A DNA stretch of 64,000 nucleotides from Gemmatimonadaceae bacterium (GTDB taxonomy: Bacteria; Gemmatimonadota; Gemmatimonadetes; Gemmatimonadales; Gemmatimonadaceae): contig DATBNO010000109.1 of assembly GCA_036554285.1 (NCBI GenBank), positions 248 to 64,247 on the forward strand, given 5' to 3'. The position numbers were made by a program, and so were the translations under genes. This document shows, one piece after another, positions 22,145 through 30,909 of the stretch (the stretch's first letter is position 1; each line of letters starts with the position of its first letter). Under the pieces are notes generated by a model. The model saw nothing but the letters and a program-made list of their open reading frames with translations. It searched no databases and was not told where the DNA came from.

Positions 22145-24805
22145 ATGCCACGCGATCCCTCGAGCCGCATCGCCGGCGTGCGACGCCTGCTGCACCTCCC
22201 ATCCGTTCGCCACGACATCGACGACGAGCTCCGCTTCCACGTCGAGTCCCGCGTCGACGCGCTGCTCGCCCAGGGGCTCGACCGCCGAACCGCCGAACGC
22301 ACCGCCTGGCGCGAGTTCGGCGACCTCCCGTCCGCCCGCGCCGAGCTCGAGGCCATCGACCGACGCCGCGCGCGCGGCATCGCCCTCGGCGAATGGATCG
22401 AGTCCGTTAGGCAGGACGCGCGCGTCGCGCTGCGCGGCCTGGTGACGCGCCCCGTGTTTTCGCTCACTGTCGTGTTCACGATCGCCCTCGGCGTCGGTGC
22501 CAACGCCGCCATCTTCAGCGTGCTCGACGCGGTGCTGCTGCGCGCCCTGCCCTACGCGCATCCCGATCGGCTGGTCCACCTCTGGGAAACCTTCCACTCG
22601 AACGTCGCCAACCAATCCGAAGCGTCGTATCCCGACTATCTCGATTGGCGCGCACGCAATCGCGTGTTCGCCGACATGGGCGGCTACCGCGGCGCCGCCT
22701 ACGTACTCGGCTCCCAACAGCCGACGGTCGAGCGAGGGGCCCAGAGCACCGCGAACTTCTTCGACGTTCTCGGCGTGCATGCCGCCATCGGCCGGACGTT
22801 CTTGCCCGGCGAAGACGATGTGGGCGCCCCGCGCGTCGCGCTCTTGAGCGACGGACTGTGGAGACGAGCGTTCGCGAGCGACCGCTCGGTGATCGGGCGA
22901 ACGATCACGGTCGACGGGACGTCGGCCACGGTGGTTGGCGTGCTGCCCGCCGGCTTCACCTTCGCGCCGGTTCGCGACGCCGGCATCTGGATGCCCATCG
23001 ACGCGAGCGCCGAGTGGCGACGAGAACGCGGGAGTCACTGGTTGAACGTGGTCGCGCGGCTCGACCCGGGCGCGACGGTTGCGTCCGCGGCGCGCGAGAT
23101 GTCGTCCGTGATGACGCAAATGGGGCGCGAGTATCCCGGCGACGACGCGGCGCGTGACGCCCGCATCGCCCCGCTCCGGGACACGCTCGTCGGCTCCGTT
23201 AGGCCGCTGATCCTGCTGCTCTACGGCGCCGTGGCCGTGCTGCTGCTCGTCGCGTGCGTCAATTGCGCCAACCTGATGCTCATCCGCGGCGCCGACCGCC
23301 GCCGCGAAATGGCCGTGCGCATTGCGCTCGGCGCCGGCCGTGCGCGGCTTGTTAGGCAACTGATGACGGAGAGCGCGTTGCTCACGGCCGCCGGCGGCGC
23401 CCTGGGACTCGTCGTCGCGCGCCTCGGCCTTGCCGGGCTGCTCGGCTTGATTCCGCCGGGCGCGGTCACGCCGGTCCTCGCGGCCGCGACCATCAACGGC
23501 CCGGTGCTCATCTACAGTATCGGCATTTGCGTCGTGACGGCGATGCTCGTGGGTCTGGTGCCGGCGCTGCGCGAATCCGGCGCGGGGCCGGCCGACGGGC
23601 TCAAGCTCGGAGCGCGCGGGAACTCGCGTGCCGGCGCGCTGCGCGACACGCTGGTGGTCACGGAAGTGGCGCTGACGGTCGTGCTCGTTTCCGGCGCCGC
23701 CCTCTTCGGCCGCAGTCTCGTCAAGCTCATGTCGATCGAGCTCGGCTTCAACGCCGAGCATCTGACGACGGCGTCGATCGACCTGCCTAACGCAACGTAT
23801 CCGGACGCCGCCACTCGCGTACACGCGTTCGATCGGATCGTCAGCGCCGTCCGGGCGTTGCCCGGTGTGGACGGCGCCGGTCTGGTGACGCGGCTGCCGT
23901 TGGACTGGGGCACTTCCACCAGCTTCACGATCGTTGGGCAGCCGGCGCCCGCGCCCGATCAAGAACCGAGCGCCAGTTATCGCACGTCGTCGCCCGGGTA
24001 CTTCGCCGCGTTGGAAACGCCGTTGGTCGACGGCCGCGACTTCCGCACAGCGGACGATACGACCGCGCCGCTCGTCGCCATCGTGAATCGCGCGTTCGGG
24101 CGCGCGTACTTCGACGGGGCGACCGCGGTCGGGCAGCGGATTGTCCTCCATGGCACGGACTCGGTGCGGATCGTCGGCGAGGTCGGCGATGTCCCGATCG
24201 GCAACATCGACGACCGCGTCCCGCCAACGCTGTACATGGCATTCGCGCAGGACGCCGACAACGCGATGCACATCGCGATTCGGTCGCGCGGCGATGCCGG
24301 CGATCTCCCCCGCGACATTGCACGTATCGTCGACCAACAGGCACCGGGCGGAGCCGTCGTGCAGGCGATGCCAATGGATGAGCTGCTCGCGCAATCATCG
24401 TCGGTGTTCATGCGACGCTTTCCGCTGCTCCTCGTCGGCGCGTTCGCTCTCGTGACGATGGTCCTCGCGATGGTCGGCATTTACGGTATGGTGAGCTACT
24501 CGGTGTCGCAGCGCCGTCGAGAGCTGGGAATTCGCCTCGCACTCGGCGCCCAACCGCGGTCGCTGGTGTCGCTCGTCGTGCGGCACGGCGGCACGTTGGC
24601 CGGCGCCGGCATTCTCATCGGCCTAACGGTGGCGATCGTCCTGGCACGATTCATCGCGAGCATGTTGTACGGCGTGAGCCCGAACGACCCCGCTGCCTAC
24701 GCAGCGGCAGCGATCGTGCTCGCCGTCGTCGCGATCGCCGCCGGCGTTCTGCCTGCCCGCCGCGCGACCCGCGTGAACCCGGCCACCGTGCTTCGGAGCG
24801 ATTGA
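22145..24805 (+). CDS. ADOP-family ABC transporter permease (third paralogue)
   Basis: 886 aa. Prefix helix DIDDELRFHVESRVDALLAQG plus MacB_PCD/FtsX duplication. Confidence 0.92.
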   Translation: MPRDPSSRIAGVRRLLHLPSVRHDIDDELRFHVESRVDALLAQGLDRRTAERTAWREFGDLPSARAELEAIDRRRARGIALGEWIESVRQDARVALRGLVTRPVFSLTVVFTIALGVGANAAIFSVLDAVLLRALPYAHPDRLVHLWETFHSNVANQSEASYPDYLDWRARNRVFADMGGYRGAAYVLGSQQPTVERGAQSTANFFDVLGVHAAIGRTFLPGEDDVGAPRVALLSDGLWRRAFASDRSVIGRTITVDGTSATVVGVLPAGFTFAPVRDAGIWMPIDASAEWRRERGSHWLNVVARLDPGATVASAAREMSSVMTQMGREYPGDDAARDARIAPLRDTLVGSVRPLILLLYGAVAVLLLVACVNCANLMLIRGADRRREMAVRIALGAGRARLVRQLMTESALLTAAGGALGLVVARLGLAGLLGLIPPGAVTPVLAAATINGPVLIYSIGICVVTAMLVGLVPALRESGAGPADGLKLGARGNSRAGALRDTLVVTEVALTVVLVSGAALFGRSLVKLMSIELGFNAEHLTTASIDLPNATYPDAATRVHAFDRIVSAVRALPGVDGAGLVTRLPLDWGTSTSFTIVGQPAPAPDQEPSASYRTSSPGYFAALETPLVDGRDFRTADDTTAPLVAIVNRAFGRAYFDGATAVGQRIVLHGTDSVRIVGEVGDVPIGNIDDRVPPTLYMAFAQDADNAMHIAIRSRGDAGDLPRDIARIVDQQAPGGAVVQAMPMDELLAQSSSVFMRRFPLLLVGAFALVTMVLAMVGIYGMVSYSVSQRRRELGIRLALGAQPRSLVSLVVRHGGTLAGAGILIGLTVAIVLARFIASMLYGVSPNDPAAYAAAAIVLAVVAIAAGVLPARRATRVNPATVLRSD

Positions 24806-24806
24806 C

Positions 24807-25130
24807 ATGGCCGATTTGGATCTCTTGCAGGGCACGCTGGACACCTTGGTGCTCAAAGCGCTCACGTGGGGTCCGCGGCACGGCTACGCCGTGGCCCGGT
24901 GGCTCAAGGACACGAGCTCGGGCACGATCGAGGTGGAAGACCGCGCGCTTTACGTCGCGCTCCACCGTCTCGAGGAGCGCGGGTGGGTCGACTCGCAGTG
25001 GGGCCTGTCGGAGAACAACCGCAGGGCCAAGTACTATCAGCTCACGGCGGCGGGCCGCCGGCAGCTCCGGCAGAAGAGCGCGGACTTCACCACCTATGCC
25101 ACCGCGATGTTCAAGGTGCTTCGCGCCTAA
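24807..25130 (+). CDS. PadR family transcriptional regulator
   Basis: LQGTLDTLVLKALTWGPRHGYAV...RALYVALHRLEERGWV...NNRRAKYYQLT. Starts 1 nt after the permease stop. Its TAA stop is inside GCCTAACG. Confidence 0.93.
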   Translation: MADLDLLQGTLDTLVLKALTWGPRHGYAVARWLKDTSSGTIEVEDRALYVALHRLEERGWVDSQWGLSENNRRAKYYQLTAAGRRQLRQKSADFTTYATAMFKVLRA

Positions 25131-25132
25131 CG
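25125..25132 (+). repeat. GCCTAACG copy providing both stop codons of a convergent, 4-nt overlapping gene pair
   Basis: TAA (25128-25130) ends PadR on the + strand. TAG (complement of 25127-25129) ends DinB on the - strand. Confidence 0.95.
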
Positions 25133-25627
25133 CAACGACGCGCGGCGCTCCGCCACTTGGCGCAGGTGGTGTTTGAGATGGGCCACGTAGTCGCGCATGA
25201 AATACTCGAGTGTCGCCGGCTGGTCCGCCGGCACGGCCTGCCACGCGATCTGGTCGAGGTTGTGGCGGCGGTGCTCGCGCCGCGCGACGTCGGCCGGCAC
25301 CGTGGTCATCACGCGAGCGACGTGGCGGTTGTATGTGTGCCACAGCGTCACCAGATCATCCCACGACGCCGACTGGTAGTCCTCCGCCGCCACCCAATCA
25401 TCCTGTTGGTAGCCCTGAAACACGAGATCGTCCTGCCAGCGTGCGCGGACGAAGCGTTGGTGGTTGTGCGATGCCGAGTCGATGAGATGGCCGATGATCT
25501 CCTTGATCGACCACCTGCCCGGCGCCGGCCTAACGCCCGCCAGATCTTCGGAGATCGTGCGGAGGTCGGCGGCCGCGCGGGTTACCGTGTCGCGGAGATC
25601 GGTCGCGTACGCTGGTTCGGTGTGCAT
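25127..25627 (-). CDS. DinB-family (DinB_2) metal-dependent protein
   Basis: WSIKEIIGHLIDSASHNHQRF...YVAHLKHHLRQV shows the histidine triad spacing of the DinB superfamily. Confidence 0.88.
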   Translation of the reverse strand: MHTEPAYATDLRDTVTRAAADLRTISEDLAGVRPAPGRWSIKEIIGHLIDSASHNHQRFVRARWQDDLVFQGYQQDDWVAAEDYQSASWDDLVTLWHTYNRHVARVMTTVPADVARREHRRHNLDQIAWQAVPADQPATLEYFMRDYVAHLKHHLRQVAERRASLR

Positions 25628-25661
25628 GAGGCAGCCGGATGGAAGGATCGCGCGTGAAACG

Positions 25662-25697
25662 CCACGGGGCCCCGCGGACGTGTCCGCGGAGCCCCGT
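25662..25697 (-). terminator. Strong hairpin downstream of pilC (17-bp stem with one mismatch); candidate intrinsic terminator or 3' stabiliser
   Basis: CACGGGGCCCCGCGGAC-GT-GTCCGCGGAGCCCCGTG read directly. On the - strand it is followed by GCGTTTCAC, which is only a weak U-tract. Confidence 0.45.
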
Positions 25698-25723
25698 GAA
25701 ATATGCGTGCCTTCTGCTCGGCG

Positions 25724-26914
25724 CTACTGCACGGCGTTGATCATGTCGAAGATCGGCAGGTACATGGCGACCACCATGCCGCCGACGATGACGCCCAAGA
25801 ACACGATCATGATCGGCTCCATCAAGCTCAACAACCCGCTGACGGCCGTGTCGACTTCGGTGTCGTAGAAGTCGGCGATCTTGGTGAGCATCTCGTCCAG
25901 ACCACCGGTTTGTTCGCCGACGGCGATCATCGAGATCACCATGGGCGGGAACACGGCGCTTTTTTGCAGCGGCGCGCTGATCGTGTCGCCGCCGGCGATG
26001 GACGAACGCGACTCCATGATGGCGTTGTGGATGACCTGATTGCCGGCCGTCTTGGCCGTGATCTCGAGGCCGTCGAGGATGCTGACGCCCGAGCTGATGA
26101 GTGTGCCTAACGTACGGGTGAAGCGTGACACGGCGCTCTTGCGCAGCATGTCGCCCAGGACCGGCATGTGGAGCATGAAGTTGTCGATCAGGAGGCGGCC
26201 GGGTGGCGTTTTGTAATACTGGCGGAGCATGAAGACGCCACCCCAGATGCCGCCGCCGAGCAGCCACCAATAGTGCTTGAGGAACGACGACAGCCCGATC
26301 ACGACGCGTGTCGGCAGCGGGAGCGACAGGTTCACGCTGGCGAACATGGTCTGGAAGACCGGGATCACGAAGATGAGCAACACGACAATGGCAATGAACG
26401 CCACGCTCATGATGACGGTCGGATAAATCATGGCGCTCTTCACCTTGCCGACGAGGGCGTCGTTCTTCTCGAGGAAGGTGGCGAGTCGCAGCAGAATCGT
26501 GTCGAGAATACCGCCCGCTTCACCGGCGGCAACCATGTTCACGTACAGATCCGTGAACGCCTTGGGGTGGCGGCGCAGGGCGTCGGCCACGGTGTGTCCG
26601 GACTCGACGTCGTACACCACCTGATGCGTGACGGCCTGCAGCGCCTTGTTCTCGCTCTGGCGCGACAGAATGTCGAGGGCCTGGACTAACGGAAGGCCGG
26701 CGTTGATCATCGTCGCGAACTGCCGGGTGAAGATGACGATGTCGCGCGTCTTGATGCGGCCGAGCCGTTTCTTGGCCTTCTCTTCGTCGATCTTGACGAC
26801 GATCAGTTTTTGCCGGCGCAGCTGCGCGACCACCTCGTCGCGAGTGGCGGCATCCATCGTGGCGGTCTTGAGCTCACCGCCGAGCGTACGCGCGGTATAG
26901 GCGAATGTGGGCAT
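25724..26914 (-). CDS. pilC: Type IV pilus assembly platform protein PilC (GspF family)
   Basis: Duplicated T2SSF domains (FTRQFATMINAGLPLVQAL...; FTRTLGTLISSGVSILDGL...). 396 aa. Confidence 0.95.
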   Translation of the reverse strand: MPTFAYTARTLGGELKTATMDAATRDEVVAQLRRQKLIVVKIDEEKAKKRLGRIKTRDIVIFTRQFATMINAGLPLVQALDILSRQSENKALQAVTHQVVYDVESGHTVADALRRHPKAFTDLYVNMVAAGEAGGILDTILLRLATFLEKNDALVGKVKSAMIYPTVIMSVAFIAIVVLLIFVIPVFQTMFASVNLSLPLPTRVVIGLSSFLKHYWWLLGGGIWGGVFMLRQYYKTPPGRLLIDNFMLHMPVLGDMLRKSAVSRFTRTLGTLISSGVSILDGLEITAKTAGNQVIHNAIMESRSSIAGGDTISAPLQKSAVFPPMVISMIAVGEQTGGLDEMLTKIADFYDTEVDTAVSGLLSLMEPIMIVFLGVIVGGMVVAMYLPIFDMINAVQ

Positions 26915-26936
26915 GGATTAGTCTCTGTCTCGCGGC

Positions 26937-28115
26937 CTAACGCTTGCCCGCTATCGATGCGATCTTCATCGCGTCGCGGGAGCTCTTGCCGCTCTTCACC
27001 AGGTCGGCGGCATCGGCGGTGAGCGGTTGTTCGCCGATCATGCGCATGAATTCGTTCGGGTCCGAGGTAACGCGCAGGCACTCGTCCATCTCGACTTCGC
27101 GCCCGACGTACAGCTGGTAGAGCGAGTCGTTGAGCGTCTGCATGCCGTACTTTTTGCCGCCCTGCATGAGGCCGTAGATCTGGTGGACCTTGGCGTCGCG
27201 AATGAGCGCGCGAATGGCTGGTGTGACCACGAGGATCTCGACGGCCATCGCCCGGCCGCGGCCCTTGGCGCGTGGAAGCAGCGTTTGCGTGATGATGCCT
27301 TCGAGCGAGAACGCCAGCTGCGCGCGCACCTGTTCTTGCTGGTGCGAGGGGAACACGTCGATGACGCGGTTGATGGCTTCCGCCGCGGAATTGGTGTGCA
27401 GCGTGGCCAGACACAAGTGACCGGTCTCTGCGATTGTCAGTGCGGCCTGGATGGTTTCGAGGTCGCGCATTTCGCCGACGAGGATCGTGTCGGGGTCTTC
27501 GCGGAGGGCGTACTTGAGCGCGGTGGCGAAGCTCTTGGTGTCGGTGCCGACTTCGCGCTGGTTGACGATGCAGCTTTGATGGCGGTGGATGAACTCGATC
27601 GGGTCTTCCACCGTGATGATGTGGCCTTTGCGTTCGCGGTTGATCTTGTCGATCATGGCCGCGAGCGTGGTGCTCTTGCCCGATCCCGTTGGTCCCGTGA
27701 CGAGGACGAGTCCGCGCGGCTTTTCCGCCATGCGTGCAGTGGCGGCGGGGAGGCCAAGCTCCTCGAAGGTGCGGACGTTGAAGGGGATTTGGCGGATGAC
27801 GAGAGAGACGCAGCCGCGCTGCTTGAAGCAGTTGCCTCGGAAGCGCGCGAGGTTCTGGATGCCGAAGGAGAAGTCGAGCTCGTCTTCGGTCTCGAATCGC
27901 TTTTTCTGATTCTCGGTGAGGATCGAATACGCCAATTGCATCGTGTCTTTTGGGGAGAGCACGATGTCGACGTTGGCATTTTGGATGTCGCCGTCGATGC
28001 GCAGTTTCGGTTTGTCGCCCGCCGTGATGTGCAGGTCGGACGCATCGCGCTCGATCATCTCTTCGAGGAGCGAGCGGAGGTTGACCGACGAAGGAGCTGG
28101 AGCGGGAGACGTCAT
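26937..28115 (-). CDS. pilT: Type IV pilus retraction ATPase PilT family
   Basis: ASDLHITAG, Walker A GPTGSGKSTT, Asp/His boxes, AIRALIRDAKVHQIY PilT signature. Start MTSPAPAP at 28115. The TAG stop is inside the motif copy at 26935-26942. Confidence 0.95.
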   Translation of the reverse strand: MTSPAPAPSSVNLRSLLEEMIERDASDLHITAGDKPKLRIDGDIQNANVDIVLSPKDTMQLAYSILTENQKKRFETEDELDFSFGIQNLARFRGNCFKQRGCVSLVIRQIPFNVRTFEELGLPAATARMAEKPRGLVLVTGPTGSGKSTTLAAMIDKINRERKGHIITVEDPIEFIHRHQSCIVNQREVGTDTKSFATALKYALREDPDTILVGEMRDLETIQAALTIAETGHLCLATLHTNSAAEAINRVIDVFPSHQQEQVRAQLAFSLEGIITQTLLPRAKGRGRAMAVEILVVTPAIRALIRDAKVHQIYGLMQGGKKYGMQTLNDSLYQLYVGREVEMDECLRVTSDPNEFMRMIGEQPLTADAADLVKSGKSSRDAMKIASIAGKR

Positions 28116-28257
28116 GGCCTGTATCGGGAGGGAAGTCGGAACGGCGTTACACGATAGACTTGCGAGCGGCAACGGTGGTAAAACGGCGCTCGACCTTTCG
28201 GACGACCGATCGAATCACCCCGCGCACCGAGGCAGTCACCCTTCTCTCGCTCGTCGA

Positions 28258-30084
28258 TCAAGCCGCCGTTTCGCGGATTACCTGCTCGAGGGTCGTGATG
28301 CCCTTCATGATTTTGAGCATGCCGTCCATGCGGAGTGTGAGCATGCCATCGGAGATGGCTGCTTCGCGGATCTCGACGGCGCCGACGTTTTGGAGAATGA
28401 GTTTGCGGACGCGGGGCGTCATGGCCATGACTTCGTACAGGCCTTGGCGCCCTTTGAGTCCCGAGCCGGCGCACGCGTCGCATCCGCGGCCGCGCCACAG
28501 GGGCACTTGCTCGATGGTGGTATCGAGACTGAAGTCGGCGACGATCGCCTGTGCATCGGCGGTGGCGCCGCGCTTCATGTTCTGGACGGCTTCCTCGGTA
28601 TAGTGCAGCTCACGAAGACTCATTTTCGGGCCGACTTTCGCCGCGCGGTACTCATCATCTCCCCACTCGTACCGCTCTCGACAGCGATTACAGATGCGGC
28701 GGACGAGGCGTTGTGCGAGCACCAGGTTCAGCGCCGACGCGACGTTGAACGGCTCGAGACCCATGTCCAACAGTCGCGTGACCGTTTCGGGCGCCGAGTT
28801 GGTGTGGAGGGTGGACATGACGAGGTGACCGGTGAGGGCCGCCTTGATGGCGATACCACCGGTCTCGAGGTCTCGGATCTCACCGATCATGATGATGTTC
28901 GGGTCTTGCCGCAGGAATGCTTTGAGGGCTGCGGCGAACGAGAGCCCGATATCGGTGCGCACCAGAACCTGATTGATCCCGTACAGATTGTATTCGACGG
29001 GATCTTCGGCGGTCATGATGTTGACGTCGATGTTGTTGACCTTGGACAGCGCCGAATAGAGCGTGGTGGTTTTGCCGGATCCCGTTGGGCCGGTGACGAG
29101 CACCATGCCGTACGGGTTGGACACGGCTTCCATGAGGTCTTGTTCGGCGCGCGGCTCGATGCCGAATTTCTCGAGGTCGAGGGTGAGGTTTCCCTTGTCG
29201 AGAATTCGGAGCACGACCTTTTCACCGAACAGCGTTGGCAACGTGGAGACGCGGTAGTCGATGACTTTCTTGCCGATCTTGAGCTTGATGCGGCCGTCTT
29301 GGGGAACGCGCCGTTCGGCAATGTTGAGGTTCGCCATGATCTTGAAGCGTGAGATCAGGGCGGCCTTGAGTTTCATGGGCGGCCTCATGACTTCCTGCAG
29401 AGCACCGTCGACGCGGTAGCGGACACGCATCTCGTGTTCGTAGCACTCGAAGTGGATGTCTGAAGCGCCGCGTTTCACGGCGTCGGTGAGGAGGCCGTTG
29501 ATCAGCTTGACGACGGGTGCGTCATCGATGGCCGCGGCGAGGGCCGTGGCGTTGATCTCTTCTTCGCGGTCTTCGACGACTTCGACATCGCCATCGTCGC
29601 CGATATCGGCGAGAAGGTTTTGGAGCGCATCGTCCGGCGTTTCGCCGTAGTGGCGCTCGATGGCGTTGCGGAGCGTGTACTCGCCGGCGATGACCGGAAA
29701 GATGTCGTACCGCGTGATGAACTTGAGGTCGTCGATGACGCCGAGGTCAGAGGGGTCGGCCATCGCGACGGTGAGGGTGCGTCCTTCGCGCTTGAGGGGG
29801 AGCACGAGGTGACGCTGAGCCAGCTCGGAGGGGATGAGCTTGGCGATGCGTGCATCGACCTCGAAATTGCTGAGGTCGACAGCAGGCATCCGGTATTGGC
29901 GCGCGAGCATCCTGGTGAGGTCGACTTCGTCGATGAAGCCGAGCTTGACCAGGTTGTAGCCCACGCGCATGCCCGTGTTTTTCTGCTCCTGGAGGGCTTT
30001 ATCGAGTGCTTCGCGTGTGATGAGCCCTTCACGAATGAGGAGCTCGCCGATGCGCTCGCCAGATGCAGCTACGGGTGCAGCCAT
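28258..30084 (-). CDS. pilB: Type IV pilus assembly ATPase PilB (GspE family) with N-terminal T2SSE_N/MshEN domain
   Basis: GELLIREGLITREALDKAL N-domain, Walker A GPTGSGKTTT, and tetracysteine C-terminal motif (CNRC...CDAC). Confidence 0.95.
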   Translation of the reverse strand: MAAPVAASGERIGELLIREGLITREALDKALQEQKNTGMRVGYNLVKLGFIDEVDLTRMLARQYRMPAVDLSNFEVDARIAKLIPSELAQRHLVLPLKREGRTLTVAMADPSDLGVIDDLKFITRYDIFPVIAGEYTLRNAIERHYGETPDDALQNLLADIGDDGDVEVVEDREEEINATALAAAIDDAPVVKLINGLLTDAVKRGASDIHFECYEHEMRVRYRVDGALQEVMRPPMKLKAALISRFKIMANLNIAERRVPQDGRIKLKIGKKVIDYRVSTLPTLFGEKVVLRILDKGNLTLDLEKFGIEPRAEQDLMEAVSNPYGMVLVTGPTGSGKTTTLYSALSKVNNIDVNIMTAEDPVEYNLYGINQVLVRTDIGLSFAAALKAFLRQDPNIIMIGEIRDLETGGIAIKAALTGHLVMSTLHTNSAPETVTRLLDMGLEPFNVASALNLVLAQRLVRRICNRCRERYEWGDDEYRAAKVGPKMSLRELHYTEEAVQNMKRGATADAQAIVADFSLDTTIEQVPLWRGRGCDACAGSGLKGRQGLYEVMAMTPRVRKLILQNVGAVEIREAAISDGMLTLRMDGMLKIMKGITTLEQVIRETAA

Positions 30085-30183
30085 GTTCGCCCGGATGGGG
30101 TTATTGCGTGTAGTTGCGCCGAATGAATTTTGGGGGGCGTCGGCGTGCGACGAGGTCGAAGGCCGAGCAGCGGAGCGACGAGC

Positions 30184-30819
30184 CTAGGGAGGATCGGACA
30201 CGCGGACGCGGCTGCGGCGTGGCTTTCGGACGGCCCCTCGCCCGCCCGGTTGATCCACACGGTGAGGACGCGGTTGTAGGGAGAACGTCACATGTGGCGC
30301 GAGGATGCGTGCGAGTGCGGGACCGATGCCGCGCACGCGTTGGAGCTCTTGCATGGAGCCGAATGGACCGAGCGAATCGCGGTCGGCGACGATGCGTGTG
30401 GCGAGCGCTGGACCGATGCGCGGGAGTCGTTCGATTTCGCCGGCGGACGCAACGTCGACATCCACTTGCAGACTCGCGGAAGCCGAGTCGCGCGGTTTGC
30501 GCGAGCGTCGCGGGAGTTGGACGAGCTCGGGCGTATTTGGATTCGTTGGTGGAGTCTGGGCGGTGGCGGCGCCCGGTGGAACGTTGACGGCTGTGGCCGT
30601 GTCGGCACCCTTCGACCGGCGGCTCCGAGTTTTGCGCGCCGGTTTCTTCTCGCGGCTGCGCGCCGTGTCGACATTTTGGATTTGGCGATCGAGATCGGCC
30701 GATTCTTGGGAGGATGGTGTAGTGTGAGTGGCGAGCGCGGCGTAGGCGCGGACCGAGCCGCCCAGTACAAGGAGAGAGGCCAGGAAAAAGAGCGCGCGGC
30801 GTTCAGCGGGTGTTGGCAT
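30184..30819 (-). CDS. comEA: ComEA-like helix-hairpin-helix DNA-binding protein (N-terminal anchor, low-complexity linker, C-terminal tandem HhH)
   Basis: VDVASAGEIERLPRIGPALATRIVADRDSLGPFGSMQELQRVRGIGPALARILAPHVTF matches the ComEA HhH module. Lies directly upstream of pilB. Confidence 0.82.
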   Translation of the reverse strand: MPTPAERRALFFLASLLVLGGSVRAYAALATHTTPSSQESADLDRQIQNVDTARSREKKPARKTRSRRSKGADTATAVNVPPGAATAQTPPTNPNTPELVQLPRRSRKPRDSASASLQVDVDVASAGEIERLPRIGPALATRIVADRDSLGPFGSMQELQRVRGIGPALARILAPHVTFSLQPRPHRVDQPGGRGAVRKPRRSRVRVSDPP

Positions 30820-30909
30820 CGTGGCCGCACCATAGGCAGGGTGGGTGCGGCCATCATCATCGAAACATTTTGGCCGGCGCGAATTCGTGCGCCGAGTTGG
30901 GCGGGCGGA

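Noticed and set aside
22046-24394. 782-aa ORF on the - strand, the longest antisense ORF in the window.
   Set aside because: It lies entirely antisense to the ADOP permease gene 22145..24805, which has clear family features. Its translation is Arg/Gly/Asp/His-rich low complexity, typical of stop-poor shadow frames in high-G+C DNA.
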